Positions 53,334-64,000 of a DNA stretch of 64,000 nt are shown here, piece after piece. Source of the stretch: Mytilus edulis (taxonomy: Eukaryota); contig NC_092344.1 in NCBI RefSeq assembly GCF_963676685.1, forward strand, positions 32,984,001 through 33,048,000, read 5' to 3'. Within the stretch, counting starts at the first letter, position 1. Each line of letters starts with the position of its first letter. The position numbers and the translations under genes are program-made. A model generated the notes under the pieces. The model was given only the letters and a program-made list of their open reading frames with translations. It made no database searches and was not told where the DNA came from.

Positions 53334-55435
53334 TCATCAAAGTGATACGTGATACTTGATTACTACTAATTCTACCATATATATACGTACGAAAGCTTTC
53401 AGTAAAACGGTATTGAGCAGTTGGGCTCAGACTTGGTATTAATGGCACAATACTAAAATTAGAGTGCCATCACTTCCGTAAACATGGTAAAATCAAAATG
53501 ATGGTATAACATGGTCAACACTTAAAATGGCAAACAATCCTACTGAGTATGAGAGAGTTGCGTTCACAAGGTGTTATTGTTACAATACTAAATCAAAATG
53601 GTCTTTCTTTTGTACAGCTTTATTAATCTAGTTTTGATTTTGTTTTAAACCTGTTGACCATCAAATATCGGCATTGGTATTTTAAAATAATTGTACAGAT
53701 CAAAAATAAAATATTATTAATTAAATTTTGTATGCGTTGTCCCCTACAACTTGTATATGTCTTCTTTGGTAATATTGAAAGCCTTTTAGTTGTGTAATAC
53801 CATAAATGACCTCATCCACTTTGTAAAATTCCACATTTCTTATGTAGTTTTATTTACACCTTTTATGGAAATTTATGAATATTAAAGTGGTAAACAAGAT
53901 TTTTTATTGGACTGCTCGACAATAATTTTCAGTTAGTGCATGAACTTACTTCATGTAGTTTGAAAAGAGGGGGGAAGTTTTCTTAACACATCCCTTATTA
54001 ACCCCCACAAAAATAACATACGCTGAAATGTCTCTCATGTATCAAAATACGTTGAAATTATCTTACATCGCATAACAAACAGGAATATTAACCCCCACTG
54101 CTAAAAAACAATATTGAAATTAAAACATCTATTTTTCCCCAAGTGGTTAGTATCTATATTTCATTACGACCATGGAAATCAACCTATATTTACAATGAAA
54201 GTCCCTTCCCCGAATTAAAGAGAATATAACTTCTGAAAATTTTAGCTATATACGTTTTTTCCCCAAATCCTCTATAAAGTTTAAAAGATTTTGTCCTTAA
54301 GTTTCATGTGAACCTTTTTAATTTGCTAATCAGAATCAAAGATTGACTCTTGGGGTCATACTTTTCACCTGATCGGCACCAAATAAGGATCATTTGTAGA
54401 CGATCATCCATGCCTAGTCTCCCTTAAATGTTTGGTTAAAATTCCAAAGAGGTTTAAGACAAAATTGTAGAAAATCTAGGATGTATCATACAGTAGTTCC
54501 AAAGGGAACAGTGTGTCATAATGTTGTAATGTGTGCCATCTAATTACAACTGTAAGATTAAAAGAGGACCGTGTGTACAAGATCAACCAACTAAAATGGT
54601 AAAACATTTTGTCTTACCGTTTCAGGGGAGAATATTTTCAAAATTGGTATTAAGGTATCAAAGTTTGTTTCTGGAGGGTTGCCAGTACCTTTAAGAAAAT
54701 ACAACATTACTCATACCGACAGAAAAGTATAATATTATGTTATATATTGCCCCTGTTTACTTTATTTTGATAACCATTAATAAGGATTTAATAAATTGCT
54801 TCCAACGAATATTTATTTAAAAGAATGTTGTGCGTTTATATGTACTATAAACTGTTATAAAATAATGTTGTGCTTTTATTTACACTATAAACTATAAACA
54901 CCTAGACATCTGACAACCTTGTCTTTCATATATATAGTCTGTTTGGGACTTCATTTTTTTGTTAAAAGAAATGACTATATATCTTTTGTCGTTTCATGGA
55001 TAACCAACATAACAAAAGTATTTCAATATACCATCATTAGACATTATATTGTGAAGGTAAAGCTGTACTTGGACAGCACCTCATCAGTAAACTAGAGGAT
55101 ACAAAAAAATATAATACCATCATTACCGGATATCGGTTGTGTAGATTCAATAGGTAACACAGGCCTGATTTTCGGCATGAGCGGTAGGTAAGTAAATAAT
55201 AAATTATTATTGTTAATAGCACTTCTATGGTAATGATTTTTTTCGCGCATTGCTAATGCAATTGGCTATGGGACTGTCAAATATACAATACCAATGACTC
55301 TAGTCGTGTATTGGCGTGTTATCTAAATAAAAATATCAAAGTGATGCACCCACACTCTACTCTGAGGTAGCTGTATTATAACATTAATTTAGGACTTTCT
55401 TTGAGATATTATTGTGTCTGGGGATCAGCGAGAGA

Positions 55436-55918
55436 CACAATTGATGCCCCGCAAATGTAAAATTTTATTTTAAACAACTATATAACATTAAACGCTTATT
55501 CCCCAAAGATGACAAACTTCAACTATATCTCCCAAAAGAGCAAATATTAATATAAATCAAAACCCTGGCCACATGCACACCTTCAATATATTATGTTCAA
55601 ACAGCCAGCAAAGTGAACTCTTACTAGGATTTAAACTGTAGGAGGAGTTATCTGGAAACGCACCTCTTGTGCCAGTAAATACTCTAAAAAGTGACAAAGT
55701 TCAACTATCTCCCAAAAGAGCAAATATTAATAAAAATAAAAATCCTGACTACATGCACACCTTCTATATGTACAAACAGACAGCAAAGTGAAAACTTCTT
55801 AGGATTCAAACTGTAACTGAGTTAAGCTGAATAACTATATATACCCATAATGGGACGGACGGACGGACAAGGGTAAAACAATATGCCCCAACTTTAACTT
55901 GCGGGGGCTTTAAAAAAA
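55436..55918 (-). mobile_element. Helentron-type element with ~180-bp internal duplication
   Basis: GCCCCGCAA at 55446 inverted with TTGCGGGGGC at 55899; (GGAC)n at 55853-55869; duplicated GACAAA.TTCAACTAT...AAACTGTA unit. Confidence 0.65.
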
Positions 55919-57457
55919 TTAACAAAATTGTAGATGCACAATGGAAATGGTATACATTAAAAGGTAGAGATCTTTTTAATAAGCTTTGATAAAACGTTTA
56001 GGAAGAATTACGTTTGCAAATGGATATCGCAGATTAAACAATGGTGTATATATTTCATAAATTGCTAAGGGATAACCTCAATACAAACCAAAGAAAGAGG
56101 GAGAAGGAGGAATGGACACCTGAAGGAAAGAATTGAGAAGGGACAGGATTGATCCCCTCCGTTAATGTGAGGGACGATGAACATTGGGCACATATAAAAT
56201 GTGGCGGGAATAAACACGCGTAACAGTACAACAAGTATCGTAAAAGTACCTCAAAGAGGAGAAAACGCAAATGTATTTGCCAACCCTAAGAACTGTTTTG
56301 TTGATTTTATGAGCTTTCTATACAAATTAGCATATAATATTTTGACAGAATTTATTTGGTATTTTGTTTCCAGAATTCATTATTTTTTCGATTTTCAGTT
56401 AAATAATTCTAAGAGTCAAAGTTGTATGCAAAATTTTGAGAAAACTTGTGACATTGCAGGTTATATGTAAATTGATTTTAAATAAAAGTCACACTATACG
56501 AATAAAGAATGGCCAGCTGAGGACTACAACTGGGTGTGGGATTTTCTTGCTGCATGCGTTATTAAAGACCCATATTAGTGGCCGTTGGTTGTTTTATATG
56601 CACTTTGGTCAGGTTGTTGTCTCTTTGACATATTCACCATTTCACTCTAATTTTATCAATGGTATGAAATCCAAAGTTTGTGTCACGTATATGTGCTTGT
56701 TTTCCCAAACTCTAACGCATAGAAAGATAAGAAGATGTGATATGATTGCCAATAAGACAACTTTCATGCATAACGTCATGGTTTCCTCAGATTGTAGATC
56801 ACGTCTTTAAAAAAGACCCACGTCATTCAGTCTACCGTGAACATGATTTAAAAAAACACCTTATGATTCGAAGTCATTGATGATATAAAAAAAAGGATTG
56901 CCAATGAGACAACTCTCCACAAAATACCAAATGACACAGAAATTAACAACTGTATGTCACTGTACAACCTTTAGCAATGAGCAAAGCCCATACTGCATAG
57001 TCAGCTATAAAAGGCCCCAAAGCGACAATGTAACACGAGTCGTTTGTAGACGAAAAGCGCATCTGGCGTACACAATTTTAAATCCTAGTATCTATAATAA
57101 TTTAATTATATTCATTTTTTATGAAATTGACTGACCAGAGAGAAAAAAACGTGGTCACAATCGAAGTAACCCATTCAAATCACTCGAGAAAAAAAACACC
57201 CAGCCAGACACTTTACCTAGAATGAAAACTGGTAGGTTAATCTGTCGCAGATCCGGGTGGGCATGTTCTGTAGAATTCAAACTTGCCGATCAAAGATCTT
57301 ACGCTAATACAAAATGTCTACATCAGAAATAGCGAATTCGTACTCATGTGTACTTCAATTTAACCACTTAGCTTAGAGATGGACAACGCATGAATCGTGC
57401 GTATAAAGTTATTTAAACTGAAGGAAAAGAATGTGAACATTGAAGGTGAAACAAAGG

Positions 57458-58695
57458 CATGACTGATTCGATCCACAAAAAAAACATTCTTATACAGGTA
57501 AAACGATGATAAAAATATATTTTTAATCTATAATATAGAATTAAACAGACCTTTAGTAAAATCCAATTGCACGAGTTCGTTTAATCTATCTATATCTATA
57601 TTTTTGTTTTCATCGCTTATATGGTCAACTAAGGACATCGGAGGTCAACTCGATAGTTAATCAGATGGCGTCTAGACTAAATTACACACGACATGGAGCT
57701 ACATATTATAGAGCCCATGCCCTATAAATTGTTTATTTTAGACTTTTAATAGTTATGGTTAATGTTTTACATTGTTATAAATCAAATTTGACAATTTGAG
57801 TCAAATAGGTGAACATGAATTTGACAGCTAGTGCCCCTTTAAGTGCGTTCTATGCATTTGATTTACAATGAATACCTCTATTTCACTATCAGTTTTTATT
57901 GATTGCATCTCTGGAAAAAATAAATGCTAGTTACAAAAAATAAAGAAATGTGTATTATAATTGTCAATTAGACCAAGGATATCAACCTTACACTAGATTC
58001 CAATATCATCAGTGAGAAAAACATTGTCAAACTTGCTCTGACGTCTGGCACCCTCCTTCAGCACTTGCTTAATCATGACTGATTCGATCCACAAAAAAAA
58101 ACATTCTTATACAGGTAAAACGATGATAAAAATATATTTTTAATCTATAATATAGAATTAAACAGACCTTTAGTAAAATCCAATTGCACGAGTTCGTTTA
58201 ATCTATCTATATCTATATTTTTGTTTACATCGCTTATATGGTCAACTAAGGACATCGGAGGTCAACTCGATAGTTAATCAGATGTCGTCTAGACTAAATT
58301 ACACACGACACGGAGCTACATATTATAGAGCCCATGCCCTATAAATTGTTTATTTTAGACTTTTAATAGTTATGGTTAATGTTTTACATTGTTATAAATC
58401 AAATTTGACAATTTGAGTCAAATAGGTGAACATAATTTGACAACTAGTGCCCCTTTAAGTGCGTTCTATGCATTTGATTTACAATGAATACCTCTATTTC
58501 ACTATCAGTTTTTATTGATTGCATCTCTGGAAAAAATAAATGCTAGTTACAAAAAATAAAGAAATGTGTATTATAATTGTCAATTAGACCAAGGATATCA
58601 ACCTTACACTAGATTCCAATATCATCAGTTAGAAAAACATTGTCAAACTTGCTCTGACGTCTGCATGGCAACCTCCTGCAGCACTTGCTTAATCA
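57458..58695 (+). repeat. 616-bp tandem duplication containing the right end of a TTAA-targeting transposon
   Basis: 57458-58073 is repeated from 58074 with a few substitutions and indels; each copy contains CTAGTGCCCCT|TTAA. Confidence 0.9.
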
Positions 58696-58898
58696 GGTTA
58701 CCACAGCAATTCATAATTAAATGTCCGTCAGACGACAGAGCAATCCCGAACTGTAAAAAACCTACATGTATATCGTAATGGGACGAGCTTAACTGTGACA
58801 TGTTCGCTTGAGCAGGCTCAAATTAAATTGGGTTAAGATGTCAGTCTAACGGTGTTTCATTATCAATACACGATGCATCGGATTTAACGTCCCAATTC

Positions 58899-58953
58899 TG
58901 ATTGAATGATTGATTGGTTGATTGATTGATTGATTGATTGATTGAGTTGATTG
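58899..58953 (+). repeat. (GATT)n microsatellite
   Basis: Imperfect GATT run. Confidence 0.9.
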
Positions 58954-58984
58954 CACCAAGGATATTCTATACAAATCCTCGATT

Positions 58985-59665
58985 TACGGGGCGCCGAATG
59001 GGACTCATACAAAATTATCTTTCAGTGGACAAAAGTTACTTTTGTCATGACGAAATTCATTTTTGTATCACAGACTTGACTTTTGTTACCTAATTTGAAA
59101 ATTGGGCGACAAAAGTCAATTTTGTATGCAAATTAGTTAAGTTTGGATTCTGTGAACTAATTTGCATACAAAATCGACTGCTGTACGTAAGACAAAATTG
59201 ACTTTTGTGAGACAAAATTGACAAAATTGAATTTTGTCTGACAAAAGTCAATTTTGTCGCACAAAAGTCAATTTTGTCGTCACAAAATTGACAAAATTGA
59301 ATTTGTCGTCACACAATTGACAAAATTGAATATTGTCTAACAAAAGTCAATTTTGAATCACAAAAGTCAACTTTGTCTCACAAAATTGAATCTTGTCTCA
59401 CACAATTGACTTTTGTGTTTTAGTTTCAATATCAGGTAACAAAAGTCAATTTTGTATGCAAATAAGTTTATATTTGCATACCCTTTTGACAAAATTGACT
59501 TTTGTCATGACAAAAATTAATTTTGTCTACAAAAATGAATTTTGTCATCACAAAATTGAAGTTCTCATAAAACAAGTCTGTATCACATAGTTTTGTAAGA
59601 CAAAAATGATTTTGTTATGACATAATTTTGTACAAAACCGCAAGACTCCCAATCGGCGCCCCGTA
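58985..59665. mobile_element. Foldback MITE, Academ-like termini
   Basis: 19-bp TIR TACGGGGCGCCGA(A/T)TGGGA with one mismatch; interior built of inverted ACAAAA(G/T)TCAATTTTGT motifs. TSD not resolved. Confidence 0.8.
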
Positions 59666-60024
59666 TTGATTGCATTTTAAACATGAACTTTTTTCCCCGT
59701 CACAAAAGAAGTGTGTTTTGTATTTTATTGTACTACGAATATAAATTGATTATTCGTGCTATTGCAATAAGTTCGACGATGATAACTTATCAGAGGTCCT
59801 AATGGGAGAATCATTCATTCATTACTTATTTTCAATATACAGTCAGATAAAAAAAAGTTCCGCCTGGACCGTTCTATCGTAAATCCCGTCCTGACCCCCA
59901 TGTAGTTAGCATTCGCTTTTTTGAAATTTATGATTAAATTAATTTGCATCTTTTAGAAAAAAATCAAAAAATGTTATAATATCAAGAGTATAAAATAATA
60001 GATTTAGTGTAATATTTAAAATAA

Positions 60025-60285
60025 ACTTACTTAATTTGGTGATATATTATGTGTATATTCATCCGCTTGTTGCTAAAATAAGCACTTCCGTCAGTATTAA
60101 AGTTCATTTCCGCTGAACATTGCGTGAACATTGGATGGTGTGCAAGAACAGAAACGACTAACGTCAAACAGGGTTGTGTGGGAATATCTTGAAGGGATTG
60201 AATTTTTCACTAAGGTCTACATACAGTAGACAAAATTACGCCGAAAAAGGTTTCAGTTGGTTGTGAGGCGTCAGTCCAGGTAAAC
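60025..60285. promoter_or_regulatory. Candidate bidirectional promoter with divergent first exons
   Basis: ETS-like CACTTCCG (~60082-60090) and ATTTCCGC between a - strand donor (AA|GTAAGT, 60031/60030) and a + strand donor (CAG|GTAAAC, 60279/60280). Confidence 0.35.
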
Positions 60286-60669
60286 AAATAATCTTAGAAA
60301 TAAGCTGATAACCTGACACTTTATTTCTTAAACATGTGACATTTGCATGATCAACTTTATACACGTTAGATGTCAGTTTTAAAATTCCTCGTACGAACTC
60401 AGCCTTTACTTGAAATATAAAAAAAATGAAAGTGGTTTACAAGGCAAACTCAACTAAGACATGTATTAAAACAGATAAAGAAGTGAAGAATATGAGACAT
60501 CACACTCACAGATTTCCTCACCAATGAGTAATGTGATACTGGTAATGACAATGTCAATAAACAGGAAAATACCAAACAAAACTTGGATATAAGAATTTTC
60601 TTCGATTTTCCGCAACCAGCTTCAAGGCTGGTCTCCAACACCGCCAATGTAGATGTCTCTCTGAATTCT

Positions 60670-60826
60670 AGACAGTTCGGCACCCAGACAAATCGGTACC
60701 CGGACAAATCAACACCTGACATAGACAAATCGGCACCCGTGAAAAAGAAATTGGCACCCAGACAAATCGGCACCAAAATGGGTGCCGAAATGTCTTCGAA
60801 CTTGGGTGCCGATTTGTCTTGTTACC
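60670..60826. mobile_element. Small MITE made of AGACAAATCGGCACC repeats in both orientations
   Basis: About six direct copies followed by two inverted GGTGCCGA(A/T)(A/T)TGTCT copies. Confidence 0.65.
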
Positions 60827-62253
60827 TCTCTCTCTTCATTGAGTAAAAGCCAGAATTGGTATCTTCAAGGTACACATAAATGTACAGAGCTAAATTAATA
60901 CACCTTATCACTACAAATGTATGTGTCCGCCATTACTGGATATCACACAGTTTCCCTTAAAATTTTGATGTCATAAAACAAAATATCTGACGCCACAATG
61001 GAAGAGTGATTGGTGTATGACGTCGAAAGTTCAAGGGGCTTGGTCAGCCAGGAAATTGGAATATCAATAAGGTGTATGGCTGACCACCCTATACAATTTC
61101 CAAGATGGCCACCATAGTTTTTGAGCACTTAAAATGTTGGTAAAGTAAGTAAGTAAGTAAGTAAAACTTTATTTGGATTCGGCATATTGACAAACAATAC
61201 AAACATAAGCTCTAATGAGCTTTTCACCGAATATAAAAAAAAATGGTTTGAATTCAGATGCAGTAATTTAATAAGGCTCTTCACAGTTAGTTCGGTCAAA
61301 TTGGATAGGGGGCAAATTTTTTTGAAAGATGTGGTAAAAGTAAGGAAGTGTGTGAAATCCTATGCATGTTTCCAAGCAACTGCTCTGTTTTAATGATGTT
61401 TTCCCATATTTTTCACACCATTTTTACCTCCATTATGAAAATCTGCCCCCTTTCCAATAAGGCTGAACTATCCATGAAGAGCCCTTTTTTTCTACCTTTT
61501 TTCGAATGGCGTCCTGGTCTTAGGCAATTGGGAAAAATGTGACATACATGGTGTGAATAGTCCCATTTGCCTATTCCTGTAATTGATCCTGTTATTGGAT
61601 TCATTTTCTATTTGTCTCAGTTTAGGAGTGACACATGCATGTATTTTCATTGGTTATTGAGTGCTAGGGACAACCTTTATTTTGAACGGTTTAAACTTAA
61701 CGAAGAAATTAGCTGGTTGTGCCTCTGACTCTAGTTAAGTTTTAAGGCATGACATGAACTAGATAAGATGATTGAATTTCAACTAAAATTCAGAATGGAA
61801 GCTGGGAATGTGTAAAAGGAGACAACAACTTGATGAAAATAGACGAAGGCCACCAACTAAAATTCAAAAAAAATAATACAAGACTAACAAAGGCCAGAGG
61901 CTTGATCCTGACTTGGGACAGGTGACAAAATGTGGCAGGATTAAACATGTTGAGTGAGGTCTCAACCCTCCCTTTTACCTCTAGCCAATAAAGAATAAAC
62001 AAACACACAGCAATACACACAGTAAAACTCAGTTTAAAAAAATTCTAATGTCAGAATAGTTAACAGGAGAAGCTACATTGTAAGCAAAATGACAATTTTA
62101 TGTTTCAGAACATACATGTATGCATGCCAACATTTAATTGGGGGAAGTTGTTATGCCGACATTTATTAGGGGGGTAGTTGTTATAGTACATTTTGTTATT
62201 AAGCTTCTGGCATCTGTAAGCCATATGTACATGTAATTATGCCATGTCCTGAG

Positions 62254-62987
62254 TTTTTACATACCCATTTAAAGGACTTGTTGGTATGCCGTTGCCTGCC
62301 TGTCTGTCCGTCATTTAACATGTTGGACAGTAACTCAAATTGCTTGAATCAATTTGCATGAAAATTTGGTGAATTATTTATATCTATTGATGTGAGCTCC
62401 GTTTCGTTTTTCATAAATTTAGGTGTTAGTTTCCGATTATTTTTTCTTAATTAATAAAGGGTGATTTACCAGTTTTTGAACAATAACTCAAAAATGCTTT
62501 CTCAAATTTGAAAGAAACTGAAGTAAATTGATACTAGTATTGCCATATCCTCCCTTTCAATTTTTATTCATATTAGTTTTAAAGTTTCCAAGTTATGGCA
62601 TTTTATTCATTAATAAAAGGGGGATTTTTCAGTTTTCGGACAATAATTCAAAAATTCTTTCAGCAGTTCTCATGAAACTTTGGTTAATTGTTTATATCTA
62701 TTGATGTAAATTTCCTTTTGATTTTCATAAATTTTAGGTTTGACGTTTCTCAGTTATACGAGTTATATGTAAGGTTTTGTTCATTAAAAAAATGGTATTT
62801 TCCAGTTTTCCAACAATATTTAAGTGCTTTGAATAGTTTTCATTAAACTTTGGTGTCTAGTTTATATCTATTAAGATAAGCTCTCTTTAGTTTTTCATAA
62901 ATTTCTGATACATGTATGAAATTGAGAAGTTAAGTTAACTTTATTCTTAGAAAACATGATGGTCATGCGCTCATGGCGCAGCTGTTC
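62254..62987 (+). mobile_element. Diverged Helentron-type element related to 1916-2810
   Basis: (GCCT/GTCT) microsatellite near the 5' end, four ~155-bp diverged units and the identical 3' end CATGCGCTCATGGCGCAGCTGTT. Confidence 0.75.
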
Positions 62988-64000
62988 ATTCAAAGATGGA
63001 ATCAGAATTGTGTCTGTTTACCATCAAAATGAACACTTGAACTTGTTTTAATCTCCAGTTGTTACTAAACAATTTTGTCACAGGTGTTAAATTCATGCAA
63101 CAATTATGAAACTATGTATAAATAAGTGCATTTAATACAGAAGATTGATTTCTTATTTTGGACATTTTGAATTAAACTTAGAAGTCCTAAATGAACTCAT
63201 GACTTAATTGACAGCAACTACAATGTATGTAGACATCAAGCAAAGTTTCAGCTTTAAAATGACACACAGACATAATTAATGACATACATTATCACTGACC
63301 TTTTATTGACCTTCAACATTATTTTAGAAACATTATATCAGTACATTCATAATGTAGATTAAATTGACATGTTAAAAATAGGAGAAAAAAAGATAAACTT
63401 TTGCTGTAGTTTGTGTGATTAAATGTAGAATTTTATTTGGATAAAAAAACAAACAACTCTCCTACAGTAGTAAATTTACATGTGTGTAAAACTGTTTTGC
63501 ACATGCTTGTCTTTTTTGCCAAGCCCATTTTATATATCACTTCTTTTTTTTTTTAAAGTAAAATGGCAGCTTATGAAATAAATGTAATTTTACACATGAT
63601 GCAATACTGTAAAAATTTCATCAAACTATTTTCAAATATTATTCATTTGCATAGAGTTTGATACATTGAAGGTAAGAGTTATATGTATTCATTTGCATCA
63701 GACAAATCAATTGTTCTTGTAAATTGACAAAAATTGAGAAATTGTATCATTTAAAAAAAATCTATAAAAAAATGCAAATATTTTTGCATTTATACTTATT
63801 TGTAATAAGAAATCAAAACTCTGTGTCTGAAAGTATTTCAGTTTTTGAAAAGGGAAGAAAAATCTTATTTTTCATGGATTCCTATATTTCTGTTGATTGC
63901 ACATTTTGTTTCTGCAATTTAGAGGAATGCATTGTATAACAATCATGGCAATGTTTAAATCAATTGAGTAATTTTCAGATTGCATACACTTTATATAATG

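Overview
AT-rich, intron- and repeat-rich animal DNA. The repeat families and gene content look like a bivalve mollusc, most like Mytilus (inference). Genes: (1) an intronless-CDS RING/B-box/coiled-coil/beta-propeller TRIM56-like E3 ligase (13432-15300, -) with a decayed tandem paralog at about 9400-10815; (2) three intact five-coding-exon regucalcin/SMP-30 paralogs in tandem on the - strand (21329-23976, 26601-30783, 36800-44697), with identical intron positions but divergent lid loops; (3) a Mab-21/cGAS-like receptor (cGLR) gene (46845-49783, +), head-to-head with the third regucalcin. The cGLR keeps its nucleotidyltransferase motifs but is broken by a 1-nt frameshift at an in-frame T-TTT-TTA heptamer and by a ~360-bp TTAA-ended insertion. 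It is followed by a 58-bp (2x29) minisatellite whose unit matches the gene's own last codons and stop. A TIR-bounded unit with a 6-bp target duplication (6080-7691) carries a 253-aa transposase-like ORF fragment. The rest is Helentron-type non-autonomous elements, Penelope-like RT relics, degenerate hammerhead remnants, MITEs, a Helitron 5' end, long hairpins and local tandem duplications. No CRISPR array, rRNA or tRNA is supported.
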